Source: Nanobdellota archaeon (lineage in GTDB: Archaea; Nanobdellota; Nanobdellia; Pacearchaeales; GW2011-AR1). Taken from it: a stretch of DNA of 64,000 nucleotides. Position numbers and translations under genes: made by a program. Numbering within the stretch: position 1 is the first letter of the stretch; the number at the start of each line of letters is the position of its first letter. Shown piece by piece: positions 18,406 through 28,569 of this stretch. The notes below the pieces were generated by a model. The model searched no databases and was not told where the DNA came from. It saw nothing but the letters and a program-made list of their open reading frames with translations. The stretch is taken from NCBI GenBank assembly GCA_038045385.1, contig JBBSYE010000007.1, forward strand, positions 44,761-108,760, in the 5' to 3' direction.

Positions 18406-19236
18406 TTATATTTCTTTGATGTATTCAATTAAACATCCCGGGGAGACCCATTTCTCGTCGGCATAAACATCTTTTCCTATATATTCTTCCCAATCACTAG
18501 CAAGACGTTTTATTTTCTGCTCATAAATTGGCTTTAAAGAGTCATCCAAATAATCAAATGGACAATATTTAGTCACTCCTTGCCCTCCTTTCCAAACGGC
18601 AAGTTCAACCATGGCGACCTCATTATTGAAAGTTTTTCTCGGGGCAGCATCTCCAACAATATCTCCAGCCTTCACAATATCTCCATTCTGAACTTTAAGA
18701 TTAACAACATGCTCAAATGAAACTATAAAATCAGATCCTTCTGGATAAAAATTTACACCCCAATCATTAGTATGCTCAAAAAATACAACATCTACTCTTC
18801 CTCCAACAGGAGCTCTAACGTCAGTTCTCAAAGGTACATGAAACCAATATTCTATGTTTCTACTTGAGGGCTCTCTTTTTAATTGCCCTTCTGCCCCAAA
18901 CTCAACAAAAACCCAATCATTCAAAATATTTTCATCTTCAAAAAGAAGTTTTTTAGTAAATATCAAATCTCCTGCAAGATTTCTCGTCTTGTCCCATTGC
19001 CCAATATTAACCCCAAGTCCTTGAAGAGCAAATCCCATTGAGATTTCAGCAGTCCCAACATCCTCAATAGCTTCATTAATAATCTCATTTTCTTCAATTG
19101 TCTGCTCTTCGAGCGCACCAGAATTATACTCTGCATCTTGATTATTAACAACATTATCTCCTTTATCAACAAAAAATAAAAACCCTAATAAAAGAACTGC
19201 ACAAACGGCAATTACAATCACCAAGATAACCTTCAT
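18406..19236 (-). CDS. Membrane-anchored M23/LytM-fold protein, probably catalytically degenerate
   Basis: N-terminal TM; VRAPVGGRV, FEHVVNLKVQNGDIVKAGDIVG, CPFDYL; no HxxxD or HxH. Confidence 0.7.
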   Translation of the reverse strand: MKVILVIVIAVCAVLLLGFLFFVDKGDNVVNNQDAEYNSGALEEQTIEENEIINEAIEDVGTAEISMGFALQGLGVNIGQWDKTRNLAGDLIFTKKLLFEDENILNDWVFVEFGAEGQLKREPSSRNIEYWFHVPLRTDVRAPVGGRVDVVFFEHTNDWGVNFYPEGSDFIVSFEHVVNLKVQNGDIVKAGDIVGDAAPRKTFNNEVAMVELAVWKGGQGVTKYCPFDYLDDSLKPIYEQKIKRLASDWEEYIGKDVYADEKWVSPGCLIEYIKEI

Positions 19237-19266
19237 CTCTTCAAGAAGTAATTAGAAGTTAAATAT

Positions 19267-19773
19267 CTATCCAACAATATTCCCGTCACCATCAAAATCC
19301 ATATCTCTCTTCTTAGTTAATTCTTCTGGAACACGATACTCAACCCATCTAACTCTCTTCTTTTCAATAGTTTCCTTTAAGTTTCTCTCATGCTCATTTA
19401 ATTTAGCCTTTCCAGATTTAACTTCAACAAAAACAACCTCATCAATCTTCTTCTCATCCATTCCTTTGAAAACAATAAAATCAATTGGCTTGCCTATAAA
19501 ACGACATTCAGTCGGCAAATAATCAAAATCCGGCAAATAAGGCGCAAGTTGTTCTGAAAATTGTCCGCCCAATACCGCGCGAGATTTAGCAATCGCATCT
19601 TTTCTATATTGAGGCATTAAATCATTCTCCCATTCCCCATGTTTTCTACTAGCGCCAATTCTCTGCCCAATAAAAAATGCAATGAAAACCGCAATAAGAG
19701 CAATAATCAAGAAAATAATAATAGTCAAGTCAGCCATATCACCACTCGATCTTCTCAACATCTTTCTGCTCAT
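19267..19773 (-). CDS. Membrane-anchored Holliday junction resolvase-like endonuclease (Endonuc_Holl)
   Basis: SRAVLGGQFSEQLAP, FIGKPIDFIVFKG, FVEVKSG. Confidence 0.88.
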   Translation of the reverse strand: MSRKMLRRSSGDMADLTIIIFLIIALIAVFIAFFIGQRIGASRKHGEWENDLMPQYRKDAIAKSRAVLGGQFSEQLAPYLPDFDYLPTECRFIGKPIDFIVFKGMDEKKIDEVVFVEVKSGKAKLNEHERNLKETIEKKRVRWVEYRVPEELTKKRDMDFDGDGNIVG

Positions 19774-20008
19774 AAACGATCTCTTTTAACTCATAGAAAG
19801 AAATGCTCTCTTCAGTCTGATCGTTAAAATATCTAATTTGATAATCTTTATCCGTCTTCGGATCGAATAGTTCTATGGCCATCTCTTTTGTCTGTCCATG
19901 ATCAATAAGAACATAATGTGAATCAACTTCATAACTATGCCCATCAATCTTCATCTTATCTCCCTTTACAATTTTCCCAATCGGCTTAGACGCTTTAATG
20001 GTTACCAT
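19739..20008 (-). CDS. Hypothetical small beta-rich protein
   Basis: Coupled to gatC and the downstream gene. Confidence 0.65.
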   Translation of the reverse strand: MVTIKASKPIGKIVKGDKMKIDGHSYEVDSHYVLIDHGQTKEMAIELFDPKTDKDYQIRYFNDQTEESISFYELKEIVYEQKDVEKIEW

Positions 20009-20232
20009 GAAGCTTTCTCCGCAATAATAAAATCCTCATTCTTATTCGGCGCATTATCAAACATTATTTCCTTGAATTTAGAATCACATTTATCTCCCTT
20101 TCCCTCGATACGAGTAGAATCAACTTCAACTTGATCGTGAACTATCTTACTCTCTCCAAGAGACTTACCAAATCTCTCAAGAATTTCATGTGCCTCTTTT
20201 CTAATCTCTTCCCTTCGTTGTTCACTTAACAT
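20002..20232 (-). CDS. gatC: GatC-like amidotransferase subunit
   Basis: IRKEAHEILERF...FKEIMFDNAPNKNEDFIIAEKASW; gatA/gatB in the window. Confidence 0.75.
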   Translation of the reverse strand: MLSEQRREEIRKEAHEILERFGKSLGESKIVHDQVEVDSTRIEGKGDKCDSKFKEIMFDNAPNKNEDFIIAEKASW

Positions 20233-20277
20233 AAAATAAAAGATAAAAGTCAGTTAATAAATTTAACTTTCTTCACT

Positions 20278-20838
20278 TTATCTAGAACTTCCAAAACTCA
20301 AGTTTATTACTGCCGGAAAATAAGAAGGATCTTTAGAAGCTCCTAAAGCAAACAAAGCAAACTTCTCAAAAGATTCAGAAAGAGAAAGTCTTGGTTTCAA
20401 GGCATATTGCACAACACGATCGCCATCAAAACATCCTCCACTAACAATTCTATCACTAACTTTTCTAGGATAAAAATATTCTCCGCTGATTTCGGCAACT
20501 CCATTAAATTGACTAGCAACTGCAAGATAATCTAATAAAATAGATCTTTCCTTATCGGCTAAATCTCCTCCGAAATCATTCGTAAAAGCTAACAAATCTA
20601 TCTCCTTGTACTTCAAATCACCATTTTCAACTACCGAGCCCATTAAAGCAACATCTGTATTAATTTCATTGAACCTATTGATTATGGAATTTACTCTAGG
20701 AACATCCAAAGGCCTAAGAAGTTCAGGCAATCTAAACAATTTCTCTTCAGTCATTAAAATTCTACTCTCTTTAATTTGCCCTTCAGGAAACGATGCGCCT
20801 TTGAAAACTCGAATCATAAAAACCAAACAATATTGCAC
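20278..20838 (-). CDS. Hypothetical protein, possible Pol-beta-like nucleotidyltransferase fold
   Basis: ALMGSVV...EIDLL (GS..D/E-x-D). Confidence 0.45.
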   Translation of the reverse strand: MQYCLVFMIRVFKGASFPEGQIKESRILMTEEKLFRLPELLRPLDVPRVNSIINRFNEINTDVALMGSVVENGDLKYKEIDLLAFTNDFGGDLADKERSILLDYLAVASQFNGVAEISGEYFYPRKVSDRIVSGGCFDGDRVVQYALKPRLSLSESFEKFALFALGASKDPSYFPAVINLSFGSSR

Positions 20839-20851
20839 TTTAAAAATCTTC

Positions 20852-22177
20852 TCAAGGAGTTATTCTATCTCTATCTCTTGGGAACATCGTAGCCTCACGA
20901 ATATTATCCAAACCACATAAAAGCATAGTCATTCTTTCAAGTCCTATAGACCAACCGCCATGAGGTGGCGCACCAAATCTAAAACTATCAATATAGTCTT
21001 TAAAATGCTCAGGATTCAATCCTTTTTTCTTAATACGCGAAATAAGCAAATCGGGCAAATGAATTCTCTGTCCCCCGGAACTTATTTCCAATCCCTTATA
21101 GATTGCGTCAAATCCTTCCGAATATTCCGCATTTTCCTTTCCATCTTTAGGCATTATATAGAAAGGCTTACAATTAGCAGGCCATGAATGAACAAATAAA
21201 ATAGTATCGGGAAATAGTTCTCCCAATTTCTTCTCAGCTTCAGGGTTCAAATCATCGCCAATCTCAATCTTCAAGCCATGCTTCTTTAGCAAATGAATAG
21301 TCTCATCATAATGAATATATTTAGCATCCGGCACTTTCAGCTTTACTCCAAGAATCTCTAAATCTCTTGCATTATGACTCAAAACTTGAGAAATAATATG
21401 TTTAACAACTTCTTCTTGATGCTTCATTACAACCATCTGATCCGCAAAAGCCATTTCAATATCCATCTGCCTTATCTCATTTATATGGCGAACAGTATTA
21501 TGCTTTTCAGCTCTCCAAATAGGACAAATCATGCAAGTTTTTTCCATAGAACAAGCAAGCATCTGCTTATACAATTGTGGACTCTGCGCCAAATAAGCCT
21601 TCTTCTCAAAATATTTTACTTCAAATAAATCCGTTCCACCTTCAGAGGCCGCGCTGATAACGCAAGGAGGTTGCATCTCAATAAAACCCTTCTCGTGAAA
21701 ATGCTCAAGAAAAGCCCTAGGGATTGTGCTTTGAATTCTAAATATCGCCCTAGTTCTAGAACGATGAAAATCTAAAAATCTATAATCAAGTCTCTTCGGT
21801 AATTCAGTCTTTGAAAAATCACTAGTATCAATTGGCAACTGCTCTCCGGCCATTCCAACTACGTGAAAACTCTCAGGAACAATCTCACGTCCTCCAGAAG
21901 CCTTATCACTCTTCTGAATTTTCCCGCGAATAATCACAGCACTCTCTCTATTCACATTACCCATAGCCTTCAAGACTTCCTCAGGAACTCCGCCCTTGAA
22001 TCCTACAACTTGAATCTCTCCTTTAGTATCCCTAACAATTACGAATCTTATTTTACCAAGGTCACGAATCTCATAAACCCATCCCCCTATAGTCATCATA
22101 CGACCTTGATCTTTCGCACTTATCGAAGATATTTCCGCTCTCTCGCTTTGAAACTCACTAAAGTTCATATCCCACAT
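20852..22177 (-). CDS. aspS: Aspartyl-tRNA synthetase (archaeal type, probably non-discriminating)
   Basis: LAQSPQLYKQ, WRAEKHNT, EISSGGQRIH, FPRDRDRITP. Confidence 0.95.
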   Translation of the reverse strand: MWDMNFSEFQSERAEISSISAKDQGRMMTIGGWVYEIRDLGKIRFVIVRDTKGEIQVVGFKGGVPEEVLKAMGNVNRESAVIIRGKIQKSDKASGGREIVPESFHVVGMAGEQLPIDTSDFSKTELPKRLDYRFLDFHRSRTRAIFRIQSTIPRAFLEHFHEKGFIEMQPPCVISAASEGGTDLFEVKYFEKKAYLAQSPQLYKQMLACSMEKTCMICPIWRAEKHNTVRHINEIRQMDIEMAFADQMVVMKHQEEVVKHIISQVLSHNARDLEILGVKLKVPDAKYIHYDETIHLLKKHGLKIEIGDDLNPEAEKKLGELFPDTILFVHSWPANCKPFYIMPKDGKENAEYSEGFDAIYKGLEISSGGQRIHLPDLLISRIKKKGLNPEHFKDYIDSFRFGAPPHGGWSIGLERMTMLLCGLDNIREATMFPRDRDRITP

Positions 22178-22247
22178 AAATAAAAGGCATTTTTAAGTAT
22201 TCGCATTCTAGGATAAAGATTAAAACTCCTCAAAATCATTCTAGTAG

Positions 22248-23435
22248 ATGACATTCTCATTTACAATAACGCACCAAGATAAAAACTCACGCGCCAGAGC
22301 CGGGATAATAAAAACCCCTCATGGAAAGCTGGAAACCCCATATTTGATACCTGTTGCAACGAGCGGTTACATACGAGCAATAACCCCAAAAGACATAGCA
22401 AAACTCAAAATTCCCTGCCTGCTAGCAAACACCTATCACTTACATTGCAAGCCTTCTGAAAAAATAATCAAAAAAAAGGGAGGATTACATAAATACATGA
22501 AATTCCCAAAAATAATATTTACAGACTCTGGTGGATTTCAAGCCTTCTCTCTCGGAATAGGCAGAGAAACAGGCGGAAGAAAAATAGGCTTCTTCACAAA
22601 TAACCGAAAAGTAGAGCAAAACACTCAAGGGATAGCAAAAGTCACAGAGCGTGGCGTGACCTTTAACTCAATCTATGACAACTCCAAGAAATTTATAGAT
22701 TCAAAAATTTCAATGCAAATCCAATCAGATTTAGGCAGCGACATAATAATGGCGTTTGACGAATGCACTTCCGCAACAAGCAGTAGAAAATATATCGAAG
22801 AATCAATGCATCGTTCTCATCGTTGGGAAAAACTATCATTAAAATACCGCGATAAAAAGCAAGCCCTCTACGGCATCATTCATGGTGGCTGGTTCAAAGA
22901 TTTAAGACTAGAGTCAGCAAAAGTCATTAACTCATTGCCCTTTGATGGAATAGCAATTGGCGGTTCTTTAGGTTCAGACAAAAAGAGTATGTACGAAGTT
23001 CTTGATTATGTCATTCCAGAACTTGACGATCGCCCACGCCACATGTTAGGCATTGGTTGGGTTGACGATTTGTTTGAGTGTGTAGAGCGCGGAATGGACA
23101 CGTTTGATTGTGTCGAAACAACTCGAGTTGCAAGACATGGCTACTTATTCATTTCCCCAAAATCCGGAGGCAATAAAAAAAATAAATTCCGCCTATCAAT
23201 AAGAAAAAGTTTCTATGAAAAAGACAAACGTAAAATAGACCCAACTTGTAAATGCGAATTATGCAAAAAATACACTCGCTCACAAACCCGAGAAATGTAT
23301 AAAGCAAAATCTCCAGAATATTATAAACTAGCAACAATACACAACATAACTTTCATGCTAAATCTCATGGAAAAAATCAGAGAATCAATCAAAAAAAGCA
23401 AGTTCAGTAAGTTAAAAAAAGAATGGATTAATTAA
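22248..23435 (+). CDS. tgt: tRNA-guanine(34) transglycosylase, bacterial/queuine type
   Basis: TDSGGFQ, FDECT, RHMLGIG, CKCELC..HN Zn site; no C-terminal PUA domains. Confidence 0.92.
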   Translation: MTFSFTITHQDKNSRARAGIIKTPHGKLETPYLIPVATSGYIRAITPKDIAKLKIPCLLANTYHLHCKPSEKIIKKKGGLHKYMKFPKIIFTDSGGFQAFSLGIGRETGGRKIGFFTNNRKVEQNTQGIAKVTERGVTFNSIYDNSKKFIDSKISMQIQSDLGSDIIMAFDECTSATSSRKYIEESMHRSHRWEKLSLKYRDKKQALYGIIHGGWFKDLRLESAKVINSLPFDGIAIGGSLGSDKKSMYEVLDYVIPELDDRPRHMLGIGWVDDLFECVERGMDTFDCVETTRVARHGYLFISPKSGGNKKNKFRLSIRKSFYEKDKRKIDPTCKCELCKKYTRSQTREMYKAKSPEYYKLATIHNITFMLNLMEKIRESIKKSKFSKLKKEWIN

Positions 23436-23911
23436 CTTATCAAAACACAAATATAAGAGGCTCCAATTGGAATCGGTCCGGTACCTCCAACTTGAGTATT
23501 GGTACAAATTACTTCCCCAATTTTTTGCTTAGTGCTTCCCGTCGGACAGCTGAATGAACCGCTACATGTTCCAGTTCCCCACCAAACAGCACAAGCCCTA
23601 GTAGTTACGCAAGGTGATCCAATAGCGGAAGCTATACTATCGCTTCCAGCAGAGATAATGCTCCATGAACTTCCGCCCCCACTAGCAAGACAGTTAGTCC
23701 CATCAGTCTGACAAAACTTCCCAAGAGTTGTCTGAAGATTAGTATCTCCTGAAAAATATCCTTGAATTGATGATAAAGAATGCCCCGGGTTTGGAACAGT
23801 TCCTAGAGAAAAAGTATACGCATAAACAAAAATTCCTCCTGCAATTAAAATTAAAATCCCCACAATAAGAAAAACATACTTCTTCTCTATATTAACCTCA
23901 ATCTTCATCAA
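23432..23911 (-). CDS. Membrane-anchored protein, MKIEV..NPGH family, Cys-rich C-terminus
   Basis: N-terminus paralogous to 31762..32235. Confidence 0.75.
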   Translation of the reverse strand: MMKIEVNIEKKYVFLIVGILILIAGGIFVYAYTFSLGTVPNPGHSLSSIQGYFSGDTNLQTTLGKFCQTDGTNCLASGGGSSWSIISAGSDSIASAIGSPCVTTRACAVWWGTGTCSGSFSCPTGSTKQKIGEVICTNTQVGGTGPIPIGASYICVLIS

Positions 23912-23932
23912 AAAAAATAGATTAAAGAATAT

Positions 23933-25378
23933 TTAAACTTTTAGAGAACGCTCAATTATCTCCATAGCCTTCTTCGCATCTATCTTTCCCTTAAAATGAG
24001 CCATAACTTGACCCATATAAGCATTCGCTCTTAGCCCCGGCCTATCCCGAATAAGCTTAACAACAAATTCCTCAAGTCCATTAGCGTCTAATTTCTCTAT
24101 CTTTATAGCATTCTCAAATGCAACTCCTTCAGATAATTTAACCATTATCTGTTTTACATCACTAATATCAATCTTTTTCGCTTTTACAAGTTCCAAAATT
24201 TTCTCAAGCATTCTCTCGCTTAAAACATTCTCAATATCGTCAATAGTTTTCTTATTCTTCCCAGCTATTTCAGCTCTCCAGAGAGTCACCATTTTAGCAA
24301 CAAGATTTGCATCCTTACTATAAATCTTACAAAGTGTAGTAAAACTATCAAGATAATCTCTAGAATCCAAAACCAAATTAATCAATTCATCTCCAAGTCC
24401 CTTTTTCTTCAACTCATCTCTAATTTGCGTCTTTAGTTTTGGCAAATTCTTTTTTATCTTATTTATTTTCTCAAGTCCAATCTTCAACAAAGGCAAATCT
24501 GTTTCAGGATACATTCTCGCTTTCCCAGGTAATGGCCTCATAAACTCCGTCTCCCCATTAGCGAGTGCATTTCTTACACTACCGGAAATTTTCTTTTCTT
24601 TCAAATCCCTAGTTTGTCTCTCAACTTCTTTATCAATAGTAGCAACCATCATAGCCGGATCTTGAAATCCTTTAATCTCCACTCTCTCATGTCCTTTAAT
24701 GCTAACATTAACGTCCTGCCTGATAGTTCCAATGCCTCTTTTTACTCGACAAGCCCTCAATATCTCGCCCAATTTAAGCGCAGCCTCTTTAACTTGTTCT
24801 GCGGAATAAAGCTCTGGGGCTGTGCCGATTTCCACAAGCGGAATACCCAATCTATCAAGTCTAAATATAGCTTTCTTCGCATCCCTCGAGATTAAACGAG
24901 CAGAATCTTCTTCAAGCGCAACACTCTCAATAGCAACATTTCCAAAACTAGTCTCAAGAAAGCCATCATGTCCAATAAGAACAGTACGTTGAAATCCGCT
25001 AGTATTAGACCCATCAATAACAGTCTTCCTCATTATCTGGCTAGCAGGATAAATCTCACAATTTAGAAGTAAAGCAATCTCTAAACAAATTTCAAGTGCT
25101 TTCTCGCCTATCATCTTTGGAGGTTCTTCATCAAGTTCAACAAGAGAAATCGTATCTTTGTACCCCTCATAATGAAACTCTCTTTCAAGAGAAGCCTCAT
25201 GAGCAACAGCTTCATCTATCTCGCCAGATTCTCCAGCCACCGCATGTAATTTGCGCACAACAGTATAGTCTGGTTTATCACTACGTAAATAAGAAGGAGC
25301 TCCAGAAAATAATTTCTCGCTATCTAGCTGCTGATGTATTTCAAGTCCTGCTTTAAATCCAAGTTTTGAATAATCCAT
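23933..25378 (-). CDS. gatE: Glu-tRNA(Gln) amidotransferase subunit E
   Basis: GLEIHQQL, RKTVIDGSNTSGFQRT, RPLPGKARMYPETD; short form, apparently lacking the AspRS-like insert. Confidence 0.95.
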   Translation of the reverse strand: MDYSKLGFKAGLEIHQQLDSEKLFSGAPSYLRSDKPDYTVVRKLHAVAGESGEIDEAVAHEASLEREFHYEGYKDTISLVELDEEPPKMIGEKALEICLEIALLLNCEIYPASQIMRKTVIDGSNTSGFQRTVLIGHDGFLETSFGNVAIESVALEEDSARLISRDAKKAIFRLDRLGIPLVEIGTAPELYSAEQVKEAALKLGEILRACRVKRGIGTIRQDVNVSIKGHERVEIKGFQDPAMMVATIDKEVERQTRDLKEKKISGSVRNALANGETEFMRPLPGKARMYPETDLPLLKIGLEKINKIKKNLPKLKTQIRDELKKKGLGDELINLVLDSRDYLDSFTTLCKIYSKDANLVAKMVTLWRAEIAGKNKKTIDDIENVLSERMLEKILELVKAKKIDISDVKQIMVKLSEGVAFENAIKIEKLDANGLEEFVVKLIRDRPGLRANAYMGQVMAHFKGKIDAKKAMEIIERSLKV

Positions 25379-25412
25379 ATAAAATTATGAAAAGCCATAT
25401 ATAAATCTCTTT

Positions 25413-26162
25413 CTAATTTTTATGAACTAATCTTTTATTAATATCAATTATTGAATCCCTCAATTTTAAACCTAAATAAGAATAAAAGCGACTAACTTCC
25501 GAAGTATTTCTATTATTATTGCCTTCATAACTTCTCTGTGCATTATTCAATAAATCTATGTAATCTCTTCTATCAAAAGTCTCAATTACAATTGGAGGAA
25601 GTTTAGCTTTCATAAGCATACCATTTTGAACTAGCCTAGCAAGTCGTCCATTTCCATCTCTAAACGGATGAATACGAGTAATATGAAAATGAGCATGAAA
25701 TGCCTTATCTATTGGGAGAAATAAATGCCCATTAGAATCAATAAACTTTTGCATCTGTTCATCAACGTTTTGAGGATATATTCTTTGCATACCTAAAGCT
25801 CTAGTCATTGGATCAGATAAACCTCTATAAGCTACAGGCTTAACCGATGGCTCAATAATTGAAAGGGTATCAAAAAGCATTTCTTCATTTAATCCACCAG
25901 TATAATTCATAGCAAAAAAATTGGTTGCCACGTTAAGATTTTTTACCATTTCTTTAATGTTCTTCCCACGATGACTTTTCTTCCCATTTTTAGGAAATTC
26001 TATATCTATTGAATGTTTGACTGCCTCAACGTTAAGATCGTGATTGAATGTGTGGCGAACAGCTAAATCATATCTTGGATCAACTTCTAATCTATGCAAG
26101 GCTAAAAAAATCTGTGAATCTATAGATTCTGGAACTAATCTTGTTAAATCTTTTATTCTCAT
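25413..26162 (-). CDS. Fic-domain protein
   Basis: Canonical HPFRDGNGRLAR. Confidence 0.92.
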   Translation of the reverse strand: MRIKDLTRLVPESIDSQIFLALHRLEVDPRYDLAVRHTFNHDLNVEAVKHSIDIEFPKNGKKSHRGKNIKEMVKNLNVATNFFAMNYTGGLNEEMLFDTLSIIEPSVKPVAYRGLSDPMTRALGMQRIYPQNVDEQMQKFIDSNGHLFLPIDKAFHAHFHITRIHPFRDGNGRLARLVQNGMLMKAKLPPIVIETFDRRDYIDLLNNAQRSYEGNNNRNTSEVSRFYSYLGLKLRDSIIDINKRLVHKN

Positions 26163-26231
26163 TAATTGACACTAAAGAAATCTCTATTTAAATCTTCCCT
26201 TTATAACTCCTAATAAGTTACTACAAAGATA

Positions 26232-27722
26232 CTAAAGTTTCTTCGCATTAGGCACAACGACTCTCAACTGCGCCGAACTTAAGCTTCTTCCAAAAAATCT
26301 TAATGTGCCTGAACTCTTCCCTCCAGAACTATCTCCCTCACTAACTCTTCCAAGCCAAGCCTGTCTGACAAATGCCCTTCCCTCTCTGAAAATATAATCC
26401 CTATCCGGAACGCACAAAGGCGACTCACTATATCCTGCCTCTCGCAAAACCCCATTATATTTCGAGCTAAGCAAAAACCTATCTAAGTCTGAAGAGCCAT
26501 CTCCATTAATACAATCTTGATTGTAAGGCACAAGTATAGCTCTTCTTCTCTCAACAGGCTTATCTCTATCTTCCAAAACCATATCCTTATAAAAGTCAAA
26601 ATCAACTCCAAATTCCCTAGAATCAAAACTCAATTTAGTAGCTTGAACTGCATTAGCCCTATCTAATAAAGGAGAATCTCTTATGGCAATCCAATAAACT
26701 TCATTATACGGAGAAAATACTCCTGCATCTCTCGTATAACTTCCTTCAATAGTTAAAGGATGGAAAAGACCAACCTCGCATCTCAATCCACTAAGTAAAC
26801 GCGAGCTTATAAAATCCCCGCCAATTCTCTCGCTCTTTTCAATTGCAACATCAAAACGTCCATTAATATAAGAAATTCTTCCAACTCTCTCGCTATAAAA
26901 CTCATCTTCAATAGTTACAGCCCCCTGTCCTATCTTTGCATTTCTAGTCCTGCTCAAAATAGCATTCGCCCATTTCTCTCCAAATCTTTTTTTACCTTCT
27001 AAAATAAAACCAACAAGTCCAGTCGGAACAAAATTGCCCCAATTATTACTCAAAAATCTTTCATATTCTGCACGATTATCTCCACAATACAATTGACATC
27101 CTTCCTTTTCATTTCCTTTTCTTATAGATGCAAGTTCTTTAATAACTGAATCTATTTCAACAGAATAAAGCAACTGCAAAAATCCAGTTTTCGGCTCTCT
27201 AATAAGTCCAATTGGCTCTCCAACATTAACCATATCTTGAGAAATTCCAAGCTCCTCGCTAGTTTCCCTTCTTAAAGCCTCCTCAACGCTTTCTCTAGGC
27301 TCAACAGAACCTCCAATAGTGTGAAAATGTCCTGGATAAGTAGCCATTCTCTCCGACCTTCTATCAATAACATAAAGCCCGTCTTTAGTATGCACAAGTC
27401 CACAAACTGAAAGAATATTTGGTCTTGGAGAACCAGTATTTGCACGCATATATCTTATAGCCGCAAAATCAGTTTTTTCAGCACTTATTTTTATATTTCC
27501 CTCTCTGTCGCTGTCAAGAGAGACAACCTGAAGATGCTTATCGTTGCGCGAAAGTCCAGAGGCAATTTTCTTTATACTTTCAAGAGAAGAACTTCCAAAC
27601 TTATCATTAAAATTTTCTCCAACATTAATATCAACAGCTTTAATATTTTCAGTAATTATTTCCGCATTAGAATCAAATCTTTTATTCAGTATATCAACTA
27701 GATTAGTAGCTTTATTTTCCAT
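26232..27722 (-). CDS. Nudix hydrolase fused to an uncharacterised C-terminal domain
   Basis: GGSVEPRESVEEALRRETSEELG; about 230 aa extra C-terminus. Confidence 0.75.
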   Translation of the reverse strand: MENKATNLVDILNKRFDSNAEIITENIKAVDINVGENFNDKFGSSSLESIKKIASGLSRNDKHLQVVSLDSDREGNIKISAEKTDFAAIRYMRANTGSPRPNILSVCGLVHTKDGLYVIDRRSERMATYPGHFHTIGGSVEPRESVEEALRRETSEELGISQDMVNVGEPIGLIREPKTGFLQLLYSVEIDSVIKELASIRKGNEKEGCQLYCGDNRAEYERFLSNNWGNFVPTGLVGFILEGKKRFGEKWANAILSRTRNAKIGQGAVTIEDEFYSERVGRISYINGRFDVAIEKSERIGGDFISSRLLSGLRCEVGLFHPLTIEGSYTRDAGVFSPYNEVYWIAIRDSPLLDRANAVQATKLSFDSREFGVDFDFYKDMVLEDRDKPVERRRAILVPYNQDCINGDGSSDLDRFLLSSKYNGVLREAGYSESPLCVPDRDYIFREGRAFVRQAWLGRVSEGDSSGGKSSGTLRFFGRSLSSAQLRVVVPNAKKL

Positions 27723-28569
27723 CAGTTTTGTCTCCTTCTAAACTTACATAAATACAGCTTATATCATCATGAATCTTGAATCGAGGATAAGAGATTTTTT
27801 CGAGATCATCATTTTCTGTTTCTCTTACATGTTTTAATAGCCCTTTAATGCCTTCCTTCAATAAAAAATTTCCCATTCTGCCATAATCAGTGTTTTCAAC
27901 AGAAGGTTTTCTTGAAGGGAACAGTAAACCATCACTAAAAATACAAAATGAAGCTACTTCACTAAGAGGAATATTTCCCTTCTCCATAAAATTCAGAGCC
28001 TTTGGCTCGCCATTCAACATTCCATAATTAACATTTGCGCGTCTTCTCACATCAATAATACTTTGCCTTATCTCAGAATCAAGTTTAACTCTGTCCTGCT
28101 TCAAAGCCTTTCTTTCTAATAGCGCAAGACTTGGCTTATCATGATTATAAGCTTCAACAACGCGCATTACACTAGAATTATCAAAATAAATAAGATTACA
28201 ATCTCCCAATTGAGCCCATTCAAGGATCCCTTTCTCCTCTAATATTTTTACAGCAAAAAGAGCGCAACCCCAAAGTTTCGCTTTATCTCTAAAGTTTATT
28301 CCTGCAGAAACCATACTCTCTCTTAGTTCAACATTAGCTCTCTCAATTATTTCTGCCAATCCATTGACAGAATCTCTATCAAAAACATTCTTCACTATCT
28401 GAGAAGCAAGATATCCTCCAGTTTTTCCATCACGATTTTTAAAACCATCAAGAGAAGTCGCTCCATCAATAACAACATACAGATTATCTTTTACAAGAAT
28501 AGCGTCCTCATTAATTTCTCCAGAACCTTTATCCAAAAGTGTTTCTATTTTTCTATAATCTCGTGACAT
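27712..28569 (-). CDS. PP2C-family phosphatase-like protein
   Basis: INEDA, VVIDGAT, LGDC, FSDGL, HDDIS. Confidence 0.85.
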   Translation of the reverse strand: MSRDYRKIETLLDKGSGEINEDAILVKDNLYVVIDGATSLDGFKNRDGKTGGYLASQIVKNVFDRDSVNGLAEIIERANVELRESMVSAGINFRDKAKLWGCALFAVKILEEKGILEWAQLGDCNLIYFDNSSVMRVVEAYNHDKPSLALLERKALKQDRVKLDSEIRQSIIDVRRRANVNYGMLNGEPKALNFMEKGNIPLSEVASFCIFSDGLLFPSRKPSVENTDYGRMGNFLLKEGIKGLLKHVRETENDDLEKISYPRFKIHDDISCIYVSLEGDKTDGK

